Part shown: positions 29,897-38,902 of the stretch, piece after piece
Numbering within the stretch: position 1 is the first letter of the stretch
How the letters are laid out: each line of letters begins with the position of its first letter
Virus record (IMG/VR): IMGVR_UViG_2850796239_000012
DNA length: 51,993 bases
Origin: a virus
Lineage: Duplodnaviria > Heunggongvirae > Uroviricota > Caudoviricetes
Reading direction: 5' to 3' (one strand)
Made by a program: the position numbers and the translations under genes
The notes under the pieces: generated by a model
What the model was told of the DNA's origin: nothing
Seen by the model: the letters and a program-made list of their open reading frames with translations, nothing else
Databases searched by the model: none

Positions 29897-31407
29897 CAGG
29901 CCTGTCTCCCCAGCTGTTCCCAGATATCCAGCGATGTATCGATTGGCGCGAAGGCCATAATGAATGCATCAGCAACGTTTGGTGACGGTATCTCGCGTTT
30001 TGCGAGGTCTTTTTTACTTTCGACCATCACACGTCCGTTACGGTCGAAATCACGATGAGGTGTTGTCAGTTCCAGTTTCAGCTTTTCAAGCAACGGACAA
30101 CGAGAATCTATGCTGATCAGCTCATCCACAGGATACTGTTCTCCGTTGTTAATGGCGTTAAACGTATTTCTGAAACGGTCAGCCACCAGCCACCATGCCT
30201 GAGCCTTAAGATTTGCGAAAAAGTCTTTGTTGGGGATGCCGTTGTACTCGTCATCTGGCTCATGCACACCAGCACCGGCGTTAAACCTCTGGTAATTCAC
30301 ACGTCGCGCGTATGCGTTCTCGCTCTTCCGGTCAGCGTTAATTTCAGAGAATTTAGCACCGGCAGACGCACCAACACCGATAGAGTCGTAAACAATATCT
30401 GCTTCACGCTCCAGCGCCGCCTGATAAGTACGCTGGCAGCTCTTCAGTAATTCATCTTCTTTGGCCTTCCATTCGTCGGCCCAGAAAACAACGGATCCGT
30501 GACGGTAAACGTTAGCGCACTTATCTGTACCACTGTCAGCCACGTCAAAGCCAATACGCTTTCTTCCACTGGGTTCGAAATTTAACGTTTTGTGCGCATC
30601 CACTGCGGCTTCTATCCAAGACAGTTTGATGATTGCCGCATCATCATCAGACTCCGGAACGCCCTCATACACATGTTTAAAACCATCCGGATCACGGCGT
30701 CGCGCCGCGTCGATAACCTTAAGCATGGTGTCAGACAGAAACGGATTTTCGTCATAGTTAATTTTGCGGATGAGAGTGCCTTCGGGCGGATCAACAACGA
30801 AGTTGCGCCAGACGAAATCAGTAACAAGTCCGGGGTTGAATATGAACCAGCATTCCGAACCCTCTTTACGGATCGTTGGCTCCAGAATTTTCCACTGGTA
30901 TTCCGTCAGTGCGTGGGCTTCTTCCAGCCACAACACATCGATCCCCTCCAGTGACTTAATTTCTTCGATGTTGCGCCATAATCCATAAAAAACAAATTCC
31001 GAGCCAGTAACCCGGTTAATGATTTTGTTGTTCAGAATACGGAAACGGTGCCGCAGACCAAACCTGTCTATCTGAATTTTGAGCAGGGTATACACCGACT
31101 CTTCGATTTTATTCTGGATCTGACGGGCACAACAAAAACGCAGGGTGTATTTATTCGACAGAAATATGGCAATGCCAGCGGCATCCCATGATTTTGACGA
31201 TGACCGACCACCATAAAGCACTTTGTTACGTGCCCGCATAGTCCAGAAACTACGTAAAGCCGGATTCAGCGTCGATTTGGATGTCAGAGTAGAAGTCATT
31301 GAGGTCACGCTCTCCATTGCCATCATCAATACCTGCATCACGGCGAAGACGATCAGCCTCCAGAGACACCTTATCAGTGGCGGCCTTGCGGTAGGCTGTA
31401 TCAGCAA
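29896..31407 (-). CDS. Terminase large subunit
   Basis: ATPase/nuclease-type product (…GGRSSSKSWDAAGIAIF… Walker A-like; …VLWLEEAHAL…); true start is probably an internal Met near 31300-31340. Confidence 0.8.
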   Translation of the reverse strand: MLIQPTARPPLIRCLWRLIVFAVMQVLMMAMESVTSMTSTLTSKSTLNPALRSFWTMRARNKVLYGGRSSSKSWDAAGIAIFLSNKYTLRFCCARQIQNKIEESVYTLLKIQIDRFGLRHRFRILNNKIINRVTGSEFVFYGLWRNIEEIKSLEGIDVLWLEEAHALTEYQWKILEPTIRKEGSECWFIFNPGLVTDFVWRNFVVDPPEGTLIRKINYDENPFLSDTMLKVIDAARRRDPDGFKHVYEGVPESDDDAAIIKLSWIEAAVDAHKTLNFEPSGRKRIGFDVADSGTDKCANVYRHGSVVFWADEWKAKEDELLKSCQRTYQAALEREADIVYDSIGVGASAGAKFSEINADRKSENAYARRVNYQRFNAGAGVHEPDDEYNGIPNKDFFANLKAQAWWLVADRFRNTFNAINNGEQYPVDELISIDSRCPLLEKLKLELTTPHRDFDRNGRVMVESKKDLAKREIPSPNVADAFIMAFAPIDTSLDIWEQLGRQA

Positions 31408-32013
31408 ATATTTTTCCTACCGTCGCAAGCGTGCCAACGATGGACTCAATACGAACTGTATTGCGCATCATTGCTTTCTCGGCGGCGCTGATATTTTCAA
31501 TCAGCATCTTCCTTTCCTGGTCCCCATTAGCATCTTCCAGCGACACCAACCACCGACCAATATTCTCTGCAGCGACAAGGTTGTTAGCACGAAGGCGAAA
31601 TAATTCGTCCTCGAGCGTCAACGCTTTAGCGTCCTCTATCACCTCATCTTTGAGCAGAAGGCGACGGGCATAACCACCGTGTTTTAATGCCTGCTGGTTA
31701 CCGGGTTGGAATGGGTTAGTCGGGGATCGGTACGCATTCCGCGTATCGGTTTCGTATCCGGTGTAGATTCTGTTTTTAGTTGCGTACTTTTTTGTGTAAG
31801 GCCAGTAATGGCAGGCTTTCTGCTGGTACGCACTTTCCTTTTTTGCGTACCATTTTTGCAAACCTGCGTACCGCCACTGCGTGCCCAACCAAGCTTTTTG
31901 GCCCTCTTCCTGATAGCCCCTTCTGTAACGCCGTATTTCTCGCCTATATCACGGAGGCTAAGGACTCCGGCCCGGTATGCCGATTCGATGGCCTCCCAGT
32001 CCGGTTTTGCCAT
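31250..32013 (-). pseudogene. Terminase small subunit, split across two frames
   Basis: N-terminal HTH ORF (MAKPDWEAIESAYRAGVLSLRDIGEKYGV…, 31684-32013) and a downstream ORF containing the …QQALKHGGYARR… motif (31250-31888) are offset by one base; adding one C to the CCCC run (plus-strand GGGG at 31722-31725) would join them as …TDPPTNPFQPGNQQALKHGGYA…. Confidence 0.55.
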
Positions 32014-32207
32014 GATTATGCTTCCTGTGATTTACTGTTATCGCTGCCTGTCACAATAGGTTGCTTTAATTCTTCCTCATCACTCACTCCTGCGACGCTC
32101 CGTGGCAGGGCCCCCCACAGGAGTACCTTGTAAATGTAAGGTGTTTAAGCCTAAATTAAGTCGTATCACGGTTAAATAGCAAAGAAAAATTCACAGAAGG
32201 AAAGACA

Positions 32208-32720
32208 TTGATGGAGTGGATAAATGCTTTGATGAACTATTTTGTACTTCATCCATATCGCCTATGGGGGCTTCTTTTTATAATAGCGTTCACAAAATCC
32301 ACTTTACTCATTTCGGCGATATTGCCACCAGCATCAATTATGATGGCCACTGTAATTACAGTCAGCAAGACGACTCTTTCACCATGGGAAGCTGGAATCA
32401 CGGTCATGAGTGGCGCATGGTGCGGTACTATCGTTAATTACCATCTTGGTATAATAATTGGGCATATCCCTCAACTTGCATGTATAATATCGAGCCGTTC
32501 CAATACAATAGAACGGGTTCGCCTTCAGTTGCAAAATAACTCTGTGTCAATACTTTTCACTTCGCGCTTTATCGCCGTGCTGCGTTATATTGCTCCTTTG
32601 GTGGCAGGAATGTTGCAACTTCATCCAGTGAAAGTGTATACAGTGAGTCTGATTTCAGCTGCTAGCTGGTCAGCACTTTATGTTGGTAGTTTTAGCTTCG
32701 TGTTGCCTTTTTTTAGCTAA
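32208..32720 (+). CDS. DedA-like (VTT-domain) membrane protein, moron candidate
   Basis: 170 aa, multiple TM segments, …FTSRFIAVLRYIAPLVAGM… resembles the DedA family motif; AT-rich; opposite strand to flanking phage late genes. Confidence 0.5.
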   Translation: MMEWINALMNYFVLHPYRLWGLLFIIAFTKSTLLISAILPPASIMMATVITVSKTTLSPWEAGITVMSGAWCGTIVNYHLGIIIGHIPQLACIISSRSNTIERVRLQLQNNSVSILFTSRFIAVLRYIAPLVAGMLQLHPVKVYTVSLISAASWSALYVGSFSFVLPFFS

Positions 32721-32808
32721 ACTGCCCATAAAAAGCTCTTGCGAATCCAGCTTCCCCCATTCCTCTGACAACAGAATCTGATTTGAAGGATAATGAGTAA
32801 AATTACCG

Positions 32809-33279
32809 CTACCCCCCAAGGCATTGGATCCTGATGTACTCCTGAAGCATTCTCAATGCTGTCTGGTCGCTGATGATTCCGTCCCGGATACCGAGAACGT
32901 TTCGTCCAGCAACTGGAGAGAGTTCGACGGTGGCATCATTGCCCATGCCGGAGGCGCTGGAGGTTTCGGCTGAGGATGGCACAGGGCATTTTCCTTTGAC
33001 GAGCACCCAACCACCATTATCAAGCTTGCGACGAAGAGCATCATTTTCAGCTTTCGCATTGGCTAACTCCTTCGTGTATTTAGCATCGAGTGCATCAGCA
33101 GCACGCTGGCGCTGCTGCATGTCAGTAATGGTTGCGTTCGCCAGCTTCAGTTCTCTTGCGTTTTTGTCGCGCTGCTCTTTGTAGGTAATGGCGTTATCAC
33201 GGTAATGATTAACAGCCCATGACAGGCAGACGATGATGCAGATAACCAGAGCGGAGATAATCGCGGTGACTCTGCTCAT
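32809..33279 (-). CDS. i-spanin (Rz)
   Basis: N-terminal TM segment followed by a coiled-coil periplasmic domain; immediately after the endolysin stop. Confidence 0.7.
   Translation of the reverse strand: MSRVTAIISALVICIIVCLSWAVNHYRDNAITYKEQRDKNARELKLANATITDMQQRQRAADALDAKYTKELANAKAENDALRRKLDNGGWVLVKGKCPVPSSAETSSASGMGNDATVELSPVAGRNVLGIRDGIISDQTALRMLQEYIRIQCLGG
32853..33059 (-). CDS. o-spanin lipoprotein (Rz1), embedded in Rz
   Basis: 68-aa ORF in the +1 frame inside Rz with lipobox …LIMVVGCSS… and a Pro-rich mature region. Confidence 0.7.
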   Translation of the reverse strand: MRKLKMMLFVASLIMVVGCSSKENALCHPQPKPPAPPAWAMMPPSNSLQLLDETFSVSGTESSATRQH

Positions 33280-33773
33280 TGCTGCCCCCACAAACAGACT
33301 TCACGCTCAATCTCACGACGGGTCATCAGCCCTTTCCATTGCTTACCGCCAGCATATGTCCAGCGACGTAGCTGGTCACATGCGCCTTTGATATCGCCCT
33401 GGTTTATTTTGCGAAGAAGCGTCGATGTTCTGAAATTGCCAGCGCCCACGTTGTAAACGAACGAGTAAAGAGCGCCGCGCGTTGTTTCCGGTATATCGAC
33501 TTTGATGTACGGGTTAATTTGTCTGGCGACAGTGGCAAGGTCTTTATTCAGGAGAGCTTTGCATTCTGCTTCGGTATACGTTTTACCAGGCATGATGTCT
33601 TTTCCGGTGTGTCCGTGACATACAGTCCATACACCAATGATATCTTTGTATGGTATGTAGCTGACACCTTCCAGACCATCGTTACCACCTGGGCCAGTGA
33701 TTAACACAGATGCTATAGCAACAGCCCCGCCACCAATAGCAACTGCAACAGCCTTGCGTAATGATGGCGACAT
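33276..33773 (-). CDS. SAR endolysin (phage 21 R21-type lysozyme)
   Basis: 165 aa with N-terminal signal-anchor-release segment [20 protein letters not shown] and T4-lysozyme-like catalytic region; near-identical to recalled R21. Confidence 0.85.
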   Translation of the reverse strand: MSPSLRKAVAVAIGGGAVAIASVLITGPGGNDGLEGVSYIPYKDIIGVWTVCHGHTGKDIMPGKTYTEAECKALLNKDLATVARQINPYIKVDIPETTRGALYSFVYNVGAGNFRTSTLLRKINQGDIKGACDQLRRWTYAGGKQWKGLMTRREIEREVCLWGQQ

Positions 33774-33988
33774 TATTCACCTCTCGCAGCCTTACGCTTA
33801 TCTTCTCTTATTTTGAAATACAGATTCGTCAGATAAGTCAGAAGCCCCAGAAGCAGACTTCCCAGCACACCAATCGCAGCCCACTGTGATGGACTGACCT
33901 GATCCAACCACTGCAAAAACCAGTAGCCGGCACTGCCGGCGGAGGTGCCGTAGGCAATGCCTGTTGATATTTTTTCCATCTGATACAT
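33773..33988 (-). CDS. Pinholin (phage 21 S21-type), dual-start motif
   Basis: 71 aa, [27 protein letters not shown]… with two TM segments; Met1 and Met4 mirror the S21 antiholin/holin dual start. Confidence 0.85.
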   Translation of the reverse strand: MYQMEKISTGIAYGTSAGSAGYWFLQWLDQVSPSQWAAIGVLGSLLLGLLTYLTNLYFKIREDKRKAARGE

Positions 33989-34017
33989 ATCCCGCCCCCC
34001 GACAGACCTGTGCTATC

Positions 34018-34055
34018 GGAAAGAAAAAAGGCCATCAGCAAAACTCTGATGGCCT
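34018..34055 (-). terminator. Intrinsic terminator upstream of the lysis genes (late strand)
   Basis: On the minus strand: AGGCCATCAG-AGTTTTG-CTGATGGCCT (10-bp stem) followed by TTTTTTCTTTCC. Confidence 0.5.
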
Positions 34056-34099
34056 GAATCACCTTTACCAATATTGTATGAAAAAACACGCACGTCTAA

Positions 34100-34230
34100 T
34101 TGACAATAATTTTCATTTCCATTAAAAAAGATCGCGTAGCATTCTTAATTCATGAGGAACTTTACCCGCCAGCAATCTGAGTAGCGAAAGCTGTTCATCC
34201 CCAATGTTTTTGCTGGCGGGTCCTTTTTTC
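34100..34230 (+). ncRNA. Candidate small RNA gene (promoter + strong intrinsic terminator, no ORF)
   Basis: TTGACA (34100-34105), 17-bp spacer, TAAAAA (34123-34128); perfect 12-bp stem ACCCGCCAGCAA / TTGCTGGCGGGT (34164-34175 / 34210-34221) followed by CCTTTTTTC; the longest ORF in between is 10 codons. Confidence 0.35.
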
Positions 34231-34667
34231 TACGGTCCTCCTCCCCGGAGGGGGCATTTCATTATTTTTCTAATCATTACTGGTGAGAAGGCGGAAGAAA
34301 AAGCCAGTTCTTCGCCCCTAAATAACAGCATGATTCCAGTCCATGCAAAATCTGATTTCCAGCTCACACATACCGAGCACTGTACAAAAAACCGCCAGCC
34401 AAGGCAGTTAAGAGTGTGTTCCCGGGGTTTGCTTAGAATATTTTGTAAGTTGTCCGAAGAGATATTTACAACACCAGAATGATGCATTATCAGTCCCCTG
34501 CCAGAGGTTCACTACGTAACCTGACCGACAATGCACCATTCTGGTGCTGAAAAAAGAGCACTGGAACTGCAACAAAACAACATCACAGAACAGGAGATGG
34601 TAAGGAGTCAGACATTCCCACACAATATTGTGTCAGTGCAAATAACAACCTTCGTCTCAAATCTCGC

Positions 34668-34742
<75 letters not shown>

Positions 34743-34745
34743 ATA

Positions 34746-34821
<76 letters not shown>

Positions 34822-34823
34822 GC

Positions 34824-34900
34824 TGGCCCACCACCGAGGACTCGAACCTCGCACCGTCAACTTAGAAGGTTGATGCTCTATCCGGATGAGCTAGTGGTGG
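34824..34900 (-). tRNA. tRNA-Arg (anticodon UCU)
   Basis: Acceptor stem CCACCAC/GTGGTGG (unusual C1-G72), anticodon stem TCAAC/GTTGA with loop CUUCUAA, T-arm CGAGGTTCGAGTCCTCG, CCA encoded. Confidence 0.7.
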
Positions 34901-34901
34901 T

Positions 34902-34978
34902 TGGTGGCCCTTGCTGGACTTGAACCAGCGACCTGGCGATTATGAGTCGCTCGCTCTGACCAACTGAGCTAAAGGGCC
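34902..34978 (-). tRNA. tRNA with CAU anticodon, body resembling minor tRNA-Ile (ileX/ileZ type)
   Basis: GGCCCTT acceptor stem, anticodon loop CUCAUAA, T-arm GCTGGTTCAAGTCCAGC, CCA encoded; Ile(LAU) versus Met cannot be settled from sequence alone. Confidence 0.7.
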
Positions 34979-35063
34979 GGAGGCAGAATAATAACCATAT
35001 GTCATCACATCTGCAAACTCATCTGACCACCAGCACGTTTAACGTCCTGTGCCGTTTTTCAGG

Positions 35064-35090
35064 TATAAAAAACCCCGCATAAAGCGGGCT
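35064..35090 (-). terminator. tR'-like intrinsic terminator downstream of the Q-like gene
   Basis: On the minus strand: GCCCGC-TTTAT-GCGGG followed by GTTTTTTAT; ~80 bp downstream of the Q-like stop and just upstream of the tRNA cluster. Confidence 0.4.
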
Positions 35091-35167
35091 CTTTCAAATG
35101 TCCATGTCTGCTATTCGCCTCGCGGTACAGCTTTGCGAAGCGTACAAGAATTGAAGCAGTTTTTACG

Positions 35168-35722
35168 TCAAAAAGCAATAACTTTTTTCTCTATACCAAA
35201 AGCCATAACCATTGGTTTGTACAAAATAAATTCTGCCACCTTTAGCCAATGCTCAATGCGTCTTTCACAGGTTCTTAAACTCCATTTCGGGTGTGCATCA
35301 TTCAGCAGTTCAGCCATTTTGCGTTTGGTCATCCCCCGCCCCTCATACCGTTGCCGAAGGACGCTAATCAATCCTGGATGCTCTGCCAGCACCTCACTTA
35401 TGACCCGATCAATACATAACGCCTCTGCATCAGTACAATGCGCCAGCCAGCTCTTTTGCTTACCGTTAATCATATCCCGCAAAAAAGCCTCAAGTTCAGA
35501 CTTGTTCAGACCTGCTTTTTTCATCCTCCGGAGCGCCTCGTTAATTGCCGTTTTTGTCAGCTTTTTAGAGGTCAACATCAGGTTAAACATATTCCCCGTC
35601 TTACCGCCACCAATATACGACCAGCGCCCCCACATACGTAGTTTTCCCTGAATCCAGACACTTTCCAGCGTGGTGAGACGAAGGTGTTCTCCGCTTTTTC
35701 CTGTATTCGTTGGGTAAATCAT
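35168..35722 (-). CDS. Putative late-gene antiterminator (Q-like), assigned by position
   Basis: 184 aa from the internal Met with SD GGAGGG; ATGA overlap with the ybcO-like stop; followed by a terminator, tRNAs and the lysis cassette. Not recognised by sequence. Confidence 0.4.
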   Translation of the reverse strand: MIYPTNTGKSGEHLRLTTLESVWIQGKLRMWGRWSYIGGGKTGNMFNLMLTSKKLTKTAINEALRRMKKAGLNKSELEAFLRDMINGKQKSWLAHCTDAEALCIDRVISEVLAEHPGLISVLRQRYEGRGMTKRKMAELLNDAHPKWSLRTCERRIEHWLKVAEFILYKPMVMAFGIEKKVIAF

Positions 35723-36009
35723 AAATATCCCTCCTTTCTCCAGATTTCTTGTGTGCGAAAAACACCTTCTGCATGCATCAGGCGTAATTCTTCTTTGGTG
35801 TAATCGCTGGTTTTTACCCGCCCGTCGATTAAATCGTGGCACGAGCTACAGGCAATCGCTGCCTGCATATCGTGTGGCTTTATCGCTGTTCCGCACGTTC
35901 CCGCCAGTCGGTAATGCGCCAGCACAGACGTTTCCGGATCGTGATTGCAGTAGCCAGGAATTCTGACGGTGCACATCTGCCCCCGCGCCGCTTTAAGTAA
36001 ATCCACCAT
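35719..36009 (-). CDS. YbcO-like Cys-rich protein (DUF1364, putative nuclease)
   Basis: 96 aa with …RIPGYCNHDPETSVLAHYRL…CGTAIKP…ACSSCHD… resembling E. coli DLP12 YbcO as recalled; nin-region position. Confidence 0.65.
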   Translation of the reverse strand: MVDLLKAARGQMCTVRIPGYCNHDPETSVLAHYRLAGTCGTAIKPHDMQAAIACSSCHDLIDGRVKTSDYTKEELRLMHAEGVFRTQEIWRKEGYL

Positions 36010-36489
36010 TACGCAAACTCCAGCAGCTGCGCGGCCACATTTTCGACTTGTTCCGGAGAGGAAAATTTACGGAACAGAATCCAGTTCCACAGCACATTCA
36101 GTACAGATTTATAAACCTGCTGAAACTCGGTTTCGTCCATATTCGCAAACGCGATAGATTTCGCCCGACACCCACGGCTACCGTCCGGATAAAAATGCTC
36201 GGTGTAAAATCCGGCCTGAATGGCTACCCACTCGCGGAAAGCCTCAAACGACTTTAGCAATGCCGTATCACGGGTTCTGCGTGTCGCAACTGTATTCAGA
36301 TATTGCTCTGCGGCTTCGCTCAGAGCTGGCGTATGTTCCCGGCCTACTGATTCACACAGGTAATCAACGAAACCGGACACCAGTTTTCGTTCGCGAGGCG
36401 TGATCGCCCCACCGACCGGAGTCCAGTAATCGAAACCCAGTTGCAGGAGTTTGAAAAAACGCTTGTGGAATGCGTAGTTGGATTTGCCC

Positions 36490-37395
36490 CTATATTTCCA
36501 GACATCTGTTATCACTTAACCCATTACAAGCCCGCTGCCGCAGATATTCCCGTGGCGAGCGATAACCCAGCGCACTATGCGGATGCCATTCGTTATAATG
36601 CTCGAACGCCTCTGCAAGGTTCTTTGCTGCCGTTAACCCGTCTGGTTTGGGCATGATACTGATGTAGTCACGCTTTATCGTTTTCACGAAGCTCTCTGCT
36701 ATTCCGTTACTCTCCGGACTCCGCACCGCCGTGTTCTTCGGTTCAAGTCCCAACATCCGGGCGAACTGGCGTGTTTCATTAGCCCGGTAGCATGAACCAT
36801 TATCCGTCAGCCACTCCACTGGAGACGACGGAAGATCGTTGCCGAAGCGGCGTTCCACCGCTCCCAGCATGACGTCCTGTACTGTTTCACTGTTGAAGCC
36901 GCCGGTAGTCACCGCCCAGTGCAGTGCCTCACGATCACAGCAGTCCAGCGCGAACGTGACACGCAGTCTCTCTCCGTTATCACAGCAGAACTCGAACCCG
37001 TCAGAGCACCATCGCTGATTGCTTTCTTTCACGGCCACTCTGCCTGTATGTGCCCGTTTCGATGGCGGTACAGCAGGTTTTCGCTCAAGCAACAGCGCAT
37101 TCTGGCGCATGATCCGGTAAACACGTTTGGCATTGATCGCAGGCATACCATCAAGTTCTGCCTGTCTGCGAAGCAGCGCCCATACCCGACGATAACCATA
37201 CGTGGGCAGCTCTCCGATAACATGGTGTATACGGAGAAGCACATCCGTATCATCAGTGTGACGACTGCGGCGGCCATCCATCCAGTCATCGGTTCGTCTG
37301 AGAATGACGTGCAACTGCGCACGCGACACCCGGAGACAACGGCTGACTAAGCTTACTCCCCATCCCCGGGCAATAAGGGCGCGTGCGCTATCCAC
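36490..37395 (-). CDS. insD: IS2 OrfB (InsD transposase catalytic part)
   Basis: 301-aa DDE-type ORF overlapping orfA, typical IS3-family arrangement. Confidence 0.85.
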
Positions 37396-37718
37396 TTTTT
37401 TGCCCGTCCATATTCAACGGCTTCTTTGAGGAGTTCATTTTCCATCGTTTTCTTGCCGAGCAGGCGCTGGAGTTCTTTAATCTGCTTCATGGCGGCAGCA
37501 AGTTCAGAGGCAGGAACAACCTGTTCTCCGGCGGCCACAGCAGTAAGACTTCCTTCCTGGTATTGCTTACGCCAGAGAAATAACTGGCTGGCTGCTACAC
37601 CATGTTGCCGGGCAACGAGGGAGACCGTCATCCCCGGTTCAAAGCTCTGCTGAACAATTGCGATCTTTTCCTGTGTGGTACGCCGTCTGCGTTTCTCCGG
37701 CCCTAAGACATCAATCAT
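37353..37718 (-). CDS. insC: IS2 OrfA (InsC)
   Basis: 121 aa from [26 protein letters not shown]… (internal Met of the listed ORF). Confidence 0.85.
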
Positions 37719-37982
37719 CTGTACTCCAATGACTAGTCTAAAAACTAGTATTAAGACTATCACTTATTTAAGTGATACTGGTTGTCTGGAGATTCAGGGG
37801 GCCAGTCTAGTAGTTACGCACACGCTTAAAGTCTGCGTGTATCCACTCACCTATTTTGATTTGATGCAGAAAATCGCAACTCTCCGGCGTCGCCGGGAGA
37901 AGTAATCCGGAAGAGGTTTGTTTGACCAGTTGTATATGTGCCATCGGCTTTCTCCGGTGGCACGGTGTTACACAGCAGGAGT

Positions 37983-38270
37983 TCAATCCTGCTCAAGATT
38001 GTAGATGAGTTTATTCTTCAGCAAAAGCAGAAAACCAGCCTTAAAACCAATCTCTTTCAAAACCCGTAATGATGTGACAAATTCGTCCTCACGCAAAATA
38101 AAACCGTCCGTCAGAAGTCCATTACAAAAATAAAATAACACAGCACCGCTCTTCCTTTGTTGAGATTGCAAACATCTAATGCGGCAATGGCTGACAATCG
38201 CTCCATTCTCAACGCGCACAGCATAGAGGCCATTTTCACTAAAAATTTCACGCAATTCTTCGATTTTCAT
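37983..38270 (-). CDS. Hypothetical protein
   Basis: 95-aa ORF between IS2 and the hok locus; no recognisable family. Confidence 0.3.
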   Translation of the reverse strand: MKIEELREIFSENGLYAVRVENGAIVSHCRIRCLQSQQRKSGAVLFYFCNGLLTDGFILREDEFVTSLRVLKEIGFKAGFLLLLKNKLIYNLEQD

Positions 38271-38398
38271 CTTCAGAATCCTTCCAGATAAATAGCTCTC
38301 CCCTGTTCGGGGTCCATCCCTCTTCTCCCTGCGCGCTACTTAAGTGAGTCGATTCTATCTGCGAAGGTGCGCGAATCAAATTCACCGGAAATAAACAA

Positions 38399-38452
38399 CA
38401 AAAAACCCGCCGAAACGCTGAGAGATCACAGCGATGGGCGGGTTAAGTGCGG
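38399..38452 (-). terminator. Intrinsic terminator at the 3' end of the hok transcript
   Basis: On the minus strand: AACCCGCCC…(loop)…GGCGGGTTTTTT. Confidence 0.5.
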
Positions 38453-38519
38453 GTGCGTTGAGGATGCCTGACACATCAGAGGTGGGCGGGGATGGGATCA
38501 GCTCCCCGCCCGGTCACTC

Positions 38520-38675
38520 TTACTTCCTGGATTCGTAGTCTACGAAGACAGCGACCTCCGTCTGGCCGGTTCGGATTCGTACCTCACAGAGGTCTTTCCT
38601 CGTTACCAGTGCCGTCACTATGACGGTTAAACAGATGACGATCAGGGCGATTAACATCGCCTTTTGCTGCTTCAT
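38520..38675 (-). CDS. hok: Hok/Gef-family type I toxin (HokD/RelF-like)
   Basis: 51 aa MKQQKAMLIALIVICLTVIVTALVTRKDLCEVRIRTGQTEVAVF…, very close to recalled HokD/Gef; an in-frame upstream extension (to 38732) is mok-like. Confidence 0.85.
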   Translation of the reverse strand: MKQQKAMLIALIVICLTVIVTALVTRKDLCEVRIRTGQTEVAVFVDYESRK

Positions 38676-38902
38676 AGCCTGCTTCTCCTTGCCTTTCGGC
38701 ATGTAAGAGGCTAACCTACATGTGCAAAGCATGAAATTGGCCTCAGATTAATGTTAAGCGTCTTGCCGGACGCGTAATGTTAACTGGGGCTTTTCTCTAT
38801 CTGCCTTTTGGTGTTCATGCCTGAAGCAGATAGCCTCAAGCACCCGCAGTCATTCTACTTACCTCGCCAATATGAAATCAATCAGAAAGGTGCCCCATAA
38901 AA

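Larger units (their letters stand above)
36479..37809 (-). mobile_element. IS2 (1331 bp)
   Basis: Termini TGGATTTGCCCCTATATTTCCAGACATCTG… and …GAGATTCAGGGGGCCAGTCTA; insC/insD-type ORFs; flanked by 5-bp direct repeat GTAGT (36474-36478 and 37810-37814). Confidence 0.9.
36009..37945 (-). pseudogene. Nin-region gene (DUF1367-like) interrupted by IS2
   Basis: 5' part (start near 37945, MAHIQLVKQTSSGLL…KRVRNY) and 3' part (36009-36478) are in the same frame once IS2 and one GTAGT copy are removed. Confidence 0.5.

Noticed and set aside
34204-34623. Short ORFs (92, 85, 71 aa) in the gap between the holin and the tRNA cluster
   Set aside because: Overlap the terminator stem, lack ribosome-binding sites and have low-complexity products; the gap is more likely non-coding (see small RNA candidate).
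34056-34667. Shiga-toxin genes in the tRNA-to-holin slot
   Set aside because: The tRNA arrangement resembles Stx phages, but the slot is only ~600 bp with no stxA/stxB-sized ORFs.
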